A DNA stretch of 64,000 nucleotides from Euprymna scolopes (Eukaryota), in the NCBI GenBank assembly GCA_053919585.1, contig CM132787.1, one strand, 5' to 3'. Every line of letters begins with the position of its first letter. Positions within the stretch are counted from its first letter, which is position 1. The position numbers and the translations under genes are program-made. Below the pieces are notes generated by a model. It was given only the letters and a program-made list of their open reading frames with translations. It did no database searches and was not told the origin of the DNA. Below, piece by piece: positions 1 to 15,082 of this stretch.

Positions 1-2632
1 TAAAAATAAATTTTCTATTTCGTTCCTTAACTTTTGGCCAGGATAAATCCACAAATATAATTTTAAACTAAAATATTTCTCAATATTAAATCGTATTTTT
101 TTGTAATAGTTTATACACATTGGTTCTATTTGTTTATTCTGAGTATTTCAGAAAAATCCATGCACTGATTTTTTAAATATACATGAATAATTGTAATTTT
201 TGTCCGTTCCTNNNNNNNNNNNNNNNNNNNNNNNNNNNNNNNNNNNNNNNNNNNNNNNNNNNNNNNNNNNNNNNNNNNNNNNNNNNNNNNNNNNNNNNNN
301 NNNNNNNNNNNNNNNNNNNNNNNNNNNNNNNNNNNNNNNNAAATTTAAATAATGTACACGTTATTCATACTCATATTATTTAAATTACATCGTCTTACAC
401 GTGTGTCATTTAATAGGATAAACCAAATGAATCTTTAGAGCTCTTTCATTAATTTATCAAATACGTTAATGTAGAGTTGTTTTCATTTTATGGTAAAGTA
501 AAAATGGATAAAATATTGTCATCGTTATTTGCTTTATGTCCTGATTCATTTGGATCATTTTAGTCATGTAAACGTTATTTTTCTCAACTGAAATTATATG
601 ATAGTTTTTTTTCAGTATTATTATGGTAATGTGCATCGACGAATTTACTCGTAGTCAGGTCTTTATTAAAATAGTCTAATATAAATAATATATATATATA
701 TACGTTTAAATTTAGTAATCCAAATCAATAGAGGATCCAATTCCTTAGTAATTAAAAATAATATGTATTTTAAATCGCTTTCATTTTATGCCATCTGCGT
801 GTAAGTATATTGTAGTTTACTTATAACATACTATAAATCTGTATTCAAGTTGCTATTATCGTAAGAGTACACATTTGTTAATATTCGTAATGACGAATCT
901 AGTAAGACAAGATTAACGTTTATTTTTTCCTTTTTCATTTTTAGGATTTAACATTTTTTTCATTCAACGAATTATTTTATCCAACTGTTTTAAATGCATT
1001 ATTATCATTCCCATATTTTTTATTATCCAAACAAGATAGGCAAATTTAATAACTGATTATCGCATTTTTTTAAATCAAAATAACCTTAGATAATGCATAT
1101 TTGTTTACTCAAAATATTCTCGTAAGCTGCGAATTGGGAAAATTACAGATTTTATTTTCTATGTAGTGATTTAAATTTTTTCTAAACTAATTTTATTTTT
1201 TAATTATTGGGATTCAACGATTTGTTACTAGCATCTACGTATCGAGCGTTTCCAAAGCGTCATGTTATTGCTCTTACATTATATAGTTTCTTTATTATTT
1301 TTATCCTTATTTTTTATTTCACAACCAAATAGTATAAATATATAAAACATAGTAATGCCCTCCAGTGTTATATGTATAACCACTAGATATTTCGGATTTT
1401 TATGTTTTTTAGCCTAACCAAATTGGTTTTAAAATTACTTCTTTTTTGAACCAAGGAAAAACACTACATTTTATTTTTTGCTAAACGCATGCAAGGCCTC
1501 TGATCATATTTTAGTTTATACAACTTTATTAAAAACATGTAAGCTGCTATAATTAAAAAATAAGCATCGGAATGAAGTGTGAATTTCTGTGATTTTTAAA
1601 TTTTTAATAGAGTTACAATGTTGTGCATGTGTAAAGCCATTATCGTCGAACATAATACATTGTTACAATTTTTAGATAGCCTTATTAAATACATACATTA
1701 TAAACCATATATTTGTTTTTTAGAAAAATGCACATACATATAGAGGGTGGAACTAGAAACCTATCGCTCTGCAAAAATATTACTTTATTTTCGTTTGATG
1801 AACACCGGTATTCATTGTTTTTTTTTCGTTGCAGGTCATCCAGTACTTTGCCAGCTGTATACAACTTTCAAGCGCCAGATGAGCCTTCGTTCATGTCCAA
1901 AAGGGAGACAATGTTGCACGTGTAAAATCGAAGATGCGCCGCTGTACAACGGATGCTCGTCACCGATCCAAGCTATTATAGTACAACCATTTCAAGCACC
2001 CTCAAAATGCAATTCCTGACGTTTTACAGTTTGATGGCACGACTTGATGACAAGACTCACGGTTATGACCTCTCGTGTAATTTTAGCTGAGGGTCACATT
2101 ACGCCAGATCACATTTTCGAAGGGGACTTGAAAGTAAACACGAATGTTTCCCTGGATGTGCAGAAGAGTGTTGCGATCCCCTGATTAAACCAGGACGAAA
2201 CTGACAAACCCTGCGGCTGGCTGCAAGACCCATCGCAAACGTACAGTTTAAGAGAGACCCAAGCTTGGTTTCAGAAAGAGTGCTACGATGTAGTACTCTT
2301 CTCTCACTTGTATTCCCGTCCTCCTCCGATCAAAGCCGGCTGGACTATTACGTTAGTAATACATTGAGAACATCACACACATGGCCTATCACAACACGAA
2401 AACGACCCTGATCTTTGCCATCCGCCGATTATTCGCCGAATTCCCGCCGATGATGGTAGAAAAGCAATGTTTCCAGTTTTGAACCAGCACCAAGGAAGGG
2501 ATTGATGCTTAAGACGGCTTCATTGAATAAATCTCAGGCCATCTACATAATCAAGGTTGATTGACTTTTTCCAAATAATTTTTTTTTAAGTTGTAATATT
2601 ATATCTTAGGGCGAAAATTTTATCGTTCTACC

Positions 2633-4317
<1,685 letters not shown>

Positions 4318-4405
4318 TATATATATATAAAGATGGCATTCTGCTGTGTACCGAACTCTCCAACTCTGCTCTTTGTTTCTTTATTTCTTGGTTATAATCT
4401 TGTTG

Positions 4406-4460
<55 letters not shown>

Positions 4461-5993
4461 AGAGACTTGGGAACGCTTTTCATTTAGTTTTAGAGTTTAG
4501 AAATAACTGATAATGTAGGAACATTTAAAATGAATAGGTTTCACTTTAAGCAGTGGAAAGCAGACAATATACTGGGCGTGGGTACATGAATTTTTAATAC
4601 TAATACATAATACAGATATTCCTCTACTGTGACAAATACGAAAATTGCACCCAATAAAATATATTTGAACGTATTTTATGTCGGATTACGCTGGGTACCC
4701 TTCTATTACATAGTACGTCCGAGTGTCAACACTCAAAAATTCATCAGGATTTTATGCAGCTTATTCTCACTAGAGATTTAAGCGAAGAATATTTTGTAGC
4801 TTTACTACTATAAAATTTCTGGATTAGCAATATATATATCTACTAATGCATTAAGCCCTATTGCATGAATGCTGAAAATGGAACAAAAATGTAGATACGT
4901 GTGTTTTTTTATTTTGCGTGAGTTGCTTTGTGTTTTTGTATTATCAAAATTATAGTCGCTGCAATTACATAGTCCTCTACGAGCTGTTCCTATTTAATTC
5001 TTGTAACCATTTCATGATATAGTTTACATTAATTCATACATTCACTCACAGTTAGATTATTAAATTGAATCTCGGAAAACACTTTGGAACATTTTTAATC
5101 GTTGTGACTTCCCATGAATAAAGATATCATATCCCATGCGCTCTTTATGTCTTTAAACCAACATTTTAAGCGTACTTTGTGACAAGATCAAAATAAAACA
5201 GAAATTAAATCTATATCGTAATGAATCCCAACACTAACATTATATATTGTATGAAAAAAATAATTACAACTTGAGTAACATTGTGAGTAATATAAATCCG
5301 TTACACATTTAACTAACCGATATATATATATATATATATTTACATATTTCCTATTAAACTTATCACGAAAACATAAAAGGAAGTAGATTTCTCGAATGAA
5401 GTTGATGCAAAAATATTTGTCATTATTCAAGAATGTCAACGACTATATTCATTAACTTTATACTCGTTTATCAGATTGATTTACTATTGTAAAATATTGA
5501 ACGAAAAAACGATGTAGATTTTCTATGAGAATTTAGCTAAAAATTAATATTCCTTTGATTATAGTATTATACAGCAGGGTCATCAAACGCATTTATAATT
5601 AAAAAAGTGAATGTGTAACTAAACTTATAATAATTAAGAAATTCCGTACACATATAAAAACAAACGGATTATTGATAGTAGCAAATAAATATTTGTGCAT
5701 TGCACTATCACTGAATAAGAAAACTTATTTTTATTTTCATCATAATTTCTTTAACTTATTATTTTTCATATCATTTTCAAAATATAGTAAATATCATATT
5801 TCGTTTACTTATAATACAAAGATGAAGAATCGTTAAACAAATGATGTTTCTCAATAAACCGCAACCAATAACTCATTTAAAACTTAGTTTACTGTTTATA
5901 TTTGTTTAAATTTAAATAATAGTTTTTCCCAATTTATTTATTTCATTGATTTATTTACCAAGCACTAAATTACATCTGAAAGTCCTAGTTTAC

Positions 5994-6299
5994 TGTTGTG
6001 GTGGCACCTACTCATTTACATATGTGGATAATATTACACATAAATAACAAGGCTCAGTTAGTCTGAGGGTGTGTTAACCAGAATCCACCGAAGGCCGAGC
6101 CGAGAGCAGATATGTTCTCCAGCCAAGACTCTCTTACTTGAAAACCATTATGTAAATATACTGAAAATATATTTTCCCAATACACCTCTTATTTATCTAT
6201 CTTTGTTTGGTTGAGTCTTCATTTGTATTGCCTTATACGTTATTTGGTTCAATCTGCAAACATAACAGTTGGCGACGAAGATGAACGTCTAACATAACA
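5994..6299 (+). repeat. 5' LTR
   Basis: Aligns to 9678-9936 plus 11934-11971, with roughly 9% differences by eye count. Confidence 0.93.
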
Positions 6300-6301
6300 G
6301 C

Positions 6302-6315
6302 TGGCGACGAGGATG
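6302..6315 (+). promoter_or_regulatory. Primer-binding site complementary to the tRNA-Ser(GCU) 3' end
   Basis: TGGCGACGAGGATG is the reverse complement of CAUCCUCGUCGCCA, which I recall as the 3' end of metazoan tRNA-Ser(GCU). It lies 2 nt after the LTR CA. Confidence 0.8.
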
Positions 6316-7361
6316 AACGGCAAATATAACAGTGTGACGAAGAAACGGAAAGAACTCACTAAAAAAAATTACAAGGCAATGGTTGACCTTTCTAAGGAAT
6401 ACGAGTTTTGACGAACGAAATATTAATAAAATAGGATTTCACGCTAAAGAGGAGTGGACTCAAGCGTAAAAAATTAGTAATTCAGCGAACATTGGAAAGC
6501 GGTAAAATATTTTCCTCACGGAAGTACAATATTCAAAGAAAGAAACAGGAGTTTCTCAAGTTCCAAGAACAAAAGCTGCATTCAGGTTAAAAAAAGTAAT
6601 CTCAATTTATAGTATTTTATTTACAAAAATACTAGTCGAAAAAAAAAGACAAACCTAAACCTCTAATTGCAGTCTCAGAAAAAAACCCGAATATTGCAAA
6701 AGAGACAATTTACGCCGTTTCTCTTGGAATCCATCTTGAAAAAAAACCCCAACAAACTGTAAAAGTGATTTTTTGTTTTGTTGTAAAACGACAAACAGAT
6801 ACGTATTACTAAATTACGAAGAACAAACCTACAAGTAAGTAACATCCGGAAAAAATGTTCACCAGTGGATTCCCTAATTGCTGTTCTCCGTTAGCAAAAC
6901 ATCGACTAAAGACTCTTTAGTAAACCAATTTTTTTTCTCTCTTCGATATTAAAACATACCACAGTTAAACTAAAATAAAGAAAATATTTTTTTTTAACTG
7001 AAGTTGTCACTGGATAACGGATATAAGACAGTAAAACGCCACGTAAGAAAACAAAAACAAAAAAAGAATTAAATGTAGTCCATACATTTTAATTTTTTCA
7101 ATTGTGACCCGAGTTGAATTTTTTTTTTTTTTTGTGGAAAGAGTTGTACTTAAGTTCTGCTGTTACTTATTAGGGAGTGCCTAAAACGGAAAAGTCAATC
7201 CTATTGGTGGTTTCAGTAAAAGCCTCAGTTTTTTTTTATTTTGGGGTTGGATGAGCTTGACTTTATTCGAGCAGCGATATTATTATTATTGAAAACATGA
7301 CCTCTGAACAATTTTTGTTGTAACACAAGCCATTTTATATTTTAGATTAAATTTTAAAAAA

Positions 7362-7920
7362 ATGGCAGATTTATCTAGAATGTTAATGATATTTTTGCAG
7401 ACGCAACCAAAGGCACAAGCCGAGCGAGATAAATTAAGAGATGAGATATTATTGAAATGGAAACTGGAACAAAAAGAAAGGCAGAAGAAATTACAATTTG
7501 AACATGAGGAAAGGCAAAACGAACGTTTTGCTAAAATACAGAAACTACTAAAGAATAATCGAGAAAATGTCGACAGTGCTAATTTCTCCAATACAACTAT
7601 TTTTAATAGTATGGACACATTTAATTATGTGCCGGAGGAAGAAAAGAATTGTGAAGCATACTATACAAGATACGAGTATGTTTTCAACTGGACTGCACAA
7701 GTTGACCAAATAGTCAGAAAATGAGCATCTTACTCAGAAGGTTGTGTGTAGCAGAACACAGTAAATCCGTAGATTACATACCTAAACAACTACGGAATTA
7801 GATTTCATGGAAGCAGTAATATTACTAAACGAATTATTTAATCCGAATATATCTATTTTTCGTAAGAGATGGTTGTGTATGAATCTAACGAAGATGGATA
7901 ACCAAGATTATTTGACATAA
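7362..7920 (+). pseudogene. Gypsy gag-like remnant
   Basis: Coiled-coil N-terminus followed by MDTFNYVPEEEKNCEAYYTRYE; lies downstream of the PBS; degenerates through frameshifts. Confidence 0.7.
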
Positions 7921-7927
7921 AAAAAAC

Positions 7928-9600
7928 ATGCCAACACCTAATAACGTAACAACTTTGCAGAGTTTCTTAGGACTCGTAAATTATTACCAATCTTTTATTG
8001 AAGGGATGCATAATTTACGAGCTCCCTAAATGAGCTGCTAAAAAAGGACACACCTTGGAACTGGACGCAAGAATATCAAACCGCTTTTGAAAAAATAAAG
8101 AGCGCACTAACATCTGAATTATTTCTAACTCACTATGACACAAAATAAAATATAGTCGTCGCTAGTGACGCTAGTTCCTACGGCATAGGTGCGTACATTC
8201 AACATATCAATCTTAATGATCTAGAAATCCGATAGCTCACGATTCGAGAACGCTGCTACCAGCAGAGAAGGCGTATTCCCAGATTGAAAAAGAAGCGTTG
8301 AGTATAATATTTGCAGTGACTAAGTTCCACCGATATTTATATGGTAGACAGTTACTACTTGAAACCGACATTAAACCATTAGTCACAATCTACGGATCAA
8401 AAAAGGATTGTCAGTATACACCGCAAATATATCGCTGCGCTGGGGTACGATCCTACTGAATTACGATTTTCAATATACAACATCTAGCAACGGGAAAGAT
8501 TTGCCATGCGGATGGACCTTCAAGACTGATACCAAAGAAACATAATTTATAAGAATCAATGATTGCAGCAATTCGAACAAATGTCGAAGTGAAAAATATG
8601 GTAGCAAACATTAAAGAAATACGGTAACATTGTTGGAAAGTAAAAGAGAAGCCGATAAAGATGAATACATAAATGATATAAAGGATCAAATTATAAATGA
8701 CAAAAAGGTTCTGGTAAAATTTTCCATATGTAACGATGTGTTATTATACAGCGAGGGAGTAGTAATACCTAAAACGGCGCGGAAGAGGCTTTTGAGTGAC
8801 TTTCACACAGGACATCCGGGTATAAATCGGATGAAGTCTCTAATGAGACTGGTGTAACATGGGCATCGACATAGACACAACAATAAATAGATGTAAAGGA
8901 TGCCAGTAGGCGGCAAAATCCCCACGTATAGTATACAAAGCTTGACCGAAAACCGACCACCCATGGTCGAGAATCCACATGGACTTCGGTGGTCCAGTAG
9001 GAGAAAATTACTACTTAATTGTAGTAGATAGTTATACAAAATGGTCTGAGGTAATGCGTTGCAGGAATCCAACAACGAACAACTCAACAGGATTCATACA
9101 CGAGTTATTTGCACGATTTGGTGTACCAGCCACACTGGTCACTGGCAATGTAACTCAATTCACATCCACAAGCTTAAAGGAATTTCGTGACACATTCCAA
9201 GTAAAATATATCACCAGCTGATTTTATGTTTGCCATAAAGGTTGAATCGGCGGTTGATAAACTGTTGCCAAGACAGGCAATTGTCCGAAACACTACACAC
9301 ATGATAAGAAATAAATATAACTCGGGAGATCGAGTATATTTCAAGTGCTACAGGAATAACACCTCTTACTGGGAATGTGGAGTAGTGGATAAGCGCATTG
9401 GTGAGTGTACATACATGATTAAAGGCCCACAAAATATTCATAAAAGGAACCTGAAACAAATAAAAAACGCCACATTACAGACGGTGATTATACAACAGCA
9501 ATCGAAGAGGAGGAACCCACGGACATCATAGACGAATTCTTTTAATTTGAAACCGCCTCAATATACACCTGACCCCCGAGGATCAGGTAGAAAAAGAAAG
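7928..9600 (+). pseudogene. Gypsy pol remnant (RT thumb, RNase H, integrase)
   Basis: PTPNNVTTLQSFLGLVNYY; VVASDASSYGIGA; YSQIEKEAL; HTGHPGINRMKSLMR; PWSRIHMDFGGP...IVVDSYTKW...FARFGVP. Many stops and frameshifts. Confidence 0.9.
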
Positions 9601-9677
9601 TTTAAGTAGCCATTAATGTAAACTCCCAAGAGAAAAAGATATTGAAATCTGTGTGACTTCAAATCTTGGGAGGAGGG

Positions 9678-9936
9678 TGTTGTGGTGGCACCCACTCATT
9701 TACATATGTGGATAATAGTACGCATAAATAGCAAGACTCGGTTAGTCTGAGTGTATGTAAACCAGACGCCACCGAAGGCCGAGCCGAGAGCAGATATGTT
9801 CTCCAGCCAAGACTCTCTTACTTGACAATCATTATGTAAATATACTGTAAATATACTTTTCCTAATACACTTCTTATTCCTCTACCTTTGTTTTGTTGAG
9901 TCTTCATTTTTATTGCTTTATACGTTATTTGGTTCA
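9678..9936 (+). repeat. 3' LTR, upstream part (remainder at 11934-11971)
   Basis: Starts TGTTGTGGTGGC immediately after the PPT and matches the 5' LTR up to TTTGGTTCA. Confidence 0.92.
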
Positions 9937-10806
9937 TGCCCATATGTGGCAACAGTACTCCATCCTTGGACGTATCTGGCTCTTATATAGATAGAGAATT
10001 GCATCAGCAGTGAGATATCTACTGGATCGATAGAAGGATCCGACCATTTTTCCAGCGGCCTTGGCAACAGATTTGATGTACGTATTCCATTTAAGATCAG
10101 GAGTAAAGGTCAAGCCCAGAAGCCTGTCAAAACTTGAGGCCTCCCCAAGACGAGAGCCATTCATTTCAATTGATGCCAGATGGGGATCAGCACGTTGATG
10201 ATGTAAAGATAGAAGCTTAGTTTTAGATGCATTAAAAGTAACCAGCCACTCCTTTCCCCATTGTACAACGTGATCAAGATCAGAGGAGAGAGAATCGGAG
10301 AGAACTTGGTCGTTTACTGTCTTAGATGTGCTACCATAGATGGTAGTGTCATCAGCAAAAATGTCTACGAATGATGTAAGGATGTGATTTGGAAGATCAT
10401 TAATGTAGATCAGGAAAAGAGTTAGGGCCAGGATCGACCCCTGAGGGGCTCCAGCATTTATACTGTGAGCTTCTGATTTTTGCCCATCAACTACTACTCT
10501 TATGAACCTATCAGAGAGATATGATTTAATAATTGAGAAGACATTTCCAGCAATACCATAGCTGGAGATCTTGTGAAGTAAACCTTTATGCCATACCCTA
10601 TCAAAGGCCTTTGATATGTCAAGAGCAATTGCCCTAGAAAGGTTGCCTCTGTCGAGAGATTCGCTAATCCTATGAGATATAACTGTAAGCACATCTGCTG
10701 TAGATCTAGCAGAACGGAAACCATATTGTGTGTCACTAAGAAGGTTATTTTTGCTGAGATGGTTGATTACTTCTGTATTTAACACAGATTCCAGCAACTT
10801 ACTCAT
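9934..10806 (-). pseudogene. Non-LTR reverse transcriptase fragment
   Basis: 290-aa ORF with RT motifs; the stop codon is created at the LTR junction. Confidence 0.92.
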
Positions 10807-11932
10807 GACGCACAGGAGACTTATTGGCCTGTATTGAGAGGGGGATGAACGATCACCTTAATTCTTAAATACAGAGCATACTGATGAGATTTTCCAGGGT
10901 GATGGGAAGCAATTCTCCTTAAGACAACGTTTAAACAGTTTTGTAAGTATGGGTGCTAGTTCTGGTTGAAGTTTTTTGAGTACTATAATTGGAATAGCGT
11001 CAGGGCCGGTTGCTTTACTGGAATCAAGGTTTTTGATTAGCTTGGCAACATCACATACAAATATTTGTATATCACAGTGTATTTTCTGATACAGGAGGAA
11101 ATATTGGGGGTTGGCAGCCTTGGTCGCAAAGGGCCGAAGTAGCTGCAAAGTTCTTGACAAAGAGTTTGGCTTTGTCTGATGCTGACGAGATTAACTCAGG
11201 TCCATTGATGATAGTTGGGATGGAGCACACACTTCTCTTCAAGATTCTGTTTGCAATTTGCCAAAACTGGTGGGAACCAAGCCGCTGCTCAGCTACTTTG
11301 GACTTGACGGACTGAGCATACAACTCTCTTTCGTTCTTTATTACTTTCTTACAATGGTTGCTGGCAGTCCTGAAAGCGGCTTTAGTTTCCATACATCTAT
11401 TACGTTGGAAGCAGTGGAAAAAGTGATTTCTGTGCGCAATAGCAGCAGCACATTTTGGAGAAAACCATGGCTGGCTGTAAGGTTTTTGCTGGAAAGAAGA
11501 GATGTTGCGAGTTTGTCTCTGCTTTAACGTTATTTTCATGGAAAGTGTTCGACTGAGCTTTAATCTATGGCCCCCCTTCGCCAAACTTTCACAAGAAACA
11601 CTAGACTAGCTGAAAACATTATCAATAATTTTCCCCATTCTTTATCTGTACCTAAACCTAAACATAGATTCCATGATCAAAGTTTCTTCCTTAGAACTGC
11701 ACGCCTGTGGAATTGTCTTCCGTTTTCCTGCTTTACAGCTTTCTATAATATGGTTGTCTTCAAGTCCAACGTGAACAAGTTTCTGATGAGCCGTTCCACT
11801 TAGGTTAACAAATTTACCGAATGTCCATTACTATCGATTACTATATTGTCCTTTTGACTACTCTACACTTTTTAACCCTTATCCTTGAGTGGCCTATCGG
11901 CCTTGATAAGTGGTGACGTCTATGTAAAAAAG
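9937..11932. mobile_element. CR1-group non-LTR retrotransposon, 5'-truncated with 5' inversion
   Basis: Minus-strand RT segment 9937-~11495 (QYGFRSARSTAD, LDISKAFDRVWH, GAPQGSIL, FADD, RPRMEYCCHIWA). Plus-strand C-terminus (RRDVASLSL..RYFHG..FFLRTARLWNCLP), 3' UTR and A tail ~11496-11931. Exact clade uncertain. Confidence 0.9.
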
Positions 11933-12129
11933 AATAACAGTTGGCGACGAAGATGAACGTCAAACATAACATTTACATATAGATGTGTCGCTATTATTTT
12001 CTTTTTCTACGATAGTTTCGTATGTACTTGGTTTACATATAAAGATCAACTAATTTTTTTCGCTACACATGTCATTTCTTGAGAAAGCACTGTAATTAAA
12101 TAGTTTATTTACATATTATTAATTTAAAT

Positions 12130-12391
12130 TTAGTGTCGTCCCACACTTGTTATCGGATTACTTAATAAAATGTCGTGTAAAAAGAGACGCCGTCTTGTAT
12201 AAAACGGCCGAGATTATAGTGCAGGAAATATTGTTTTGAACCAATTTTCAATATTTGTCGTCCGAAGTATCGAAGTTTAAAACGATACCAGTTTCGTCCG
12301 GTTCCGTCAGCTCTGTCCAATATCTTTTTTGAGACATACAAACATCCACACACCCATAAAAACACTCGCATTTTGCCTACTTTATATAAGA
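12130..12391 (-). mobile_element. Helitron-like non-autonomous element
   Basis: Minus 5' end TCTTATATAAAGTAGG followed by a GTGT/GTAT tract; CTAA-like 3' end; head-to-tail with the next element. Confidence 0.4.
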
Positions 12392-12939
12392 CTGGCGGGG
12401 TAGCCGGTGTTGCCTGGTTTTGTGGAGATGCAGTAAGGACCCCGACAGGATGGAATTAAAAAGTGTTTTAAAAAGTGGAATAGTACGGGGTTCATCGGCG
12501 TTGCTTGAGTCGAGTAAGGCACCTTGAGTCGAGTAAGGCACCTTGAGAGGGGTTTAAAAACAACCGTAGTAGTGAGGGGGGGGCGCGAAAGACCAGTAGG
12601 CAGTTGGAGTGGAAAGAGAAGAAAAAGTGAAAGTTGGCAGGTAGGCTCGAACTCGGAACGCAAAAGAGGAAAGGAAAAAAAAAATAAAACGGCATACCGA
12701 GGCCGATATCTACATAGTCCGACTGGAAGTGAGAAATATTTAAATTAAGCGAATTCAACCCAACATATACGATTTCTAGTAATACCAGCGACGCAAAAAC
12801 CGACTCCTCTTTGTAGAAAACTGATCAGTTTAGGGTGAAGGAATTAATGTTTTTGGTTAATTTTAATATATTATTAAGACGAGTGAAAGACATTAAAATA
12901 CACACACACAAACACTCATTTTGCGTTTTATATATTAGA
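12392..12939 (-). mobile_element. Helitron-like non-autonomous element
   Basis: Minus 5' TCTAATATATAAAACG; 3' hairpin-like CCAGGCAACACCGG then CCAG; resembles 21055-21717. Confidence 0.55.
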
Positions 12940-15077
12940 GTAAATTAATTTTAATTTATCCTAATATGTTCACGTCCATGTTTTACACTGACATAATGAT
13001 GGATTTTTGATTGAAATTAGTCGGAAATTATGTTATAATGCGTAACGATGAAAAAAAATAAAATCACTTTACTTTCTACTATGGAAGTTATAATTATTTC
13101 AGTTTCTATAGTCTCAGTTAATTATTTAATTATGTATTCTTCAATCCCACCATTTAAAAAAAAAACTCTAATATTTAATTCTCCATTTTTTTCCACCGTT
13201 ACATTTCAGCCTACGGATATTCTATAATGTTTTCCTTAAATTTATTTTAATCCGGGTTTAGGCGTGATAACAGGAATTTATTTCTATGAAGGCAGCTTTG
13301 TATAACATGTAACGTATTGTTTAAATTCCATATTCGTTAGATTTACGAAGTAAGATACTATTTTATATAAATTCTATATATGTATGTTTGTCAGTTATAT
13401 ATAGAAAATATGAATGCAGGTTTTAGAAAATGGTGTTACGGCATAACGCATCTGTTTCAATAGAATGTGTTCCTAGATATTATGATGAAACCTCTATATT
13501 GAAACATTTCGTATTAGAGAGAGGTAAGGCATCATATTTAAAGAAGACGTGAAAAAGTTGTGTGATAATATACACGTAAAGCCTTAATATTGCTATGAAT
13601 AATAAATGTAAGATGTATATCACCCCCGCGCCAGTCTACCCAGTTTTCCTAATATCATTTCCCGATTTTGGCGAATATTGTATGTAAAATGATTGGTGTG
13701 ATTCGATATAATGCTTAAATGGCAGTATTATATATTTTGCGAGCAAATCGTGACACAATTACATTTTTCTCATTTAAATGCACACATTAGGATTGCGTGA
13801 TTATGTTATGGAAGGAATTTCCAATATATCTTTTAATAAAGGTTATTGTGTTTTTGTATCAGATAATTTTTAATGTTTTTCTAAATATCGGAGCCTTGAA
13901 ACTGTAATTGTGCATGCATACTTACCATTATATATAACATTGCGTCATATAATACCCATTGTAAACAGTTCTTTGAAGCGTTCAGCAATGCTTTCTAATA
14001 GCACTAGTGAACGAAACGTACATGTCTTTATAATAATATTGATTTTCAATTTCATTCCAAACGCACGTAGACAATTACAGATCGTTCCTTATCTAAGACA
14101 TGATAAAAGATGTTATCGCTTTGTGAAAAAAAGACATTAATATTTACATGGTAGATATCTAATTAAACAAAATAGCTTCATGAAATAAAAACCCGGCTGA
14201 TCCGACGCCGCATTTATCCATTACTAATCAATGCAATGTCCAATTACCCTGCTTGTGTGTGTACGTGTATATGAATGATATTAAACATAGACTCTATACA
14301 TTTGAAATTATGTTTAATAGTATTAGTTTTTATCTTACTTTTTACAATGACCTTCTTATCAATTTCCATTACTCGATCTACATGTCCCCTTCTATAAAGT
14401 TTTTCTCAACATTTCTCTATCGTTTTGTTGGCTTACCCTGTTTCTCTTTCTATTCCAGTGTATTTCATTCTTTGTTTTATGTTAAAAAATATACGATAGT
14501 CAGTTGATTTACACATTTATTTTTTTACTATATCGATTAAAGTACATTGTTATATTCAAGCAAATTCTTGATTTAATATCTACACAAACGCAGCTGCGTT
14601 TTTTCCCCATCCCCAACGCAATATTTAATGAAACATATTTCCTTTAATAAATTACTGGTCAATCTTGAATTTGCTTTCCACACCTCTCACACTATAATTA
14701 AACACAGATTTGTTTTAATGTAATCAAAGGAAACGAAGATTGCCTTTTCTTTGCCTTCGACCTTCAAAACTATCATGAAACATACATACATACATACATA
14801 CATATATTACAAGCAGTATAATCTCACCCTCTACAGTAGATATCACGTGATGTAAGAACTGCTTCTACTTTAAGTGTTTCGTCTTAAGAATCGCTATACT
14901 CTCGAATTCCCTTCGGGATCCTGATTTCCCAGCTGTACTTACACGCATAAATTCAAATATAATGTGAACAAACAACTCTCTTTTCAACTTCCTGTATAGT
15001 ATCCCTTAAACTTTCCATAATAGTAGCTCCGATACACAAGAACGGCACACCCCTTTCTTTGAGGTAAAAAATGTAAT

Positions 15078-15082
<5 letters not shown>

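Larger units (their letters stand above)
5994..11971 (+). mobile_element. Ty3/Gypsy LTR retrotransposon, internally deleted, 3' LTR interrupted by a LINE
   Basis: TG...CA termini; 5-bp TSD TTTAC at 5989-5993 and 11972-11976; PPT GGGAGGAGGG at 9668-9677; PBS; gag and RT-RNaseH-integrase remnants in Gypsy order. Confidence 0.95.

Noticed and set aside
2176-2205. Hammerhead-like CTGATTA...GGACGAAAC
   Set aside because: Core mismatch, no convincing stem II, and no stem I/III partners.
6258-6345. CRISPR-like 32-bp repeats
   Set aside because: Contiguous tandem units explained by LTR-end/PBS duplication.
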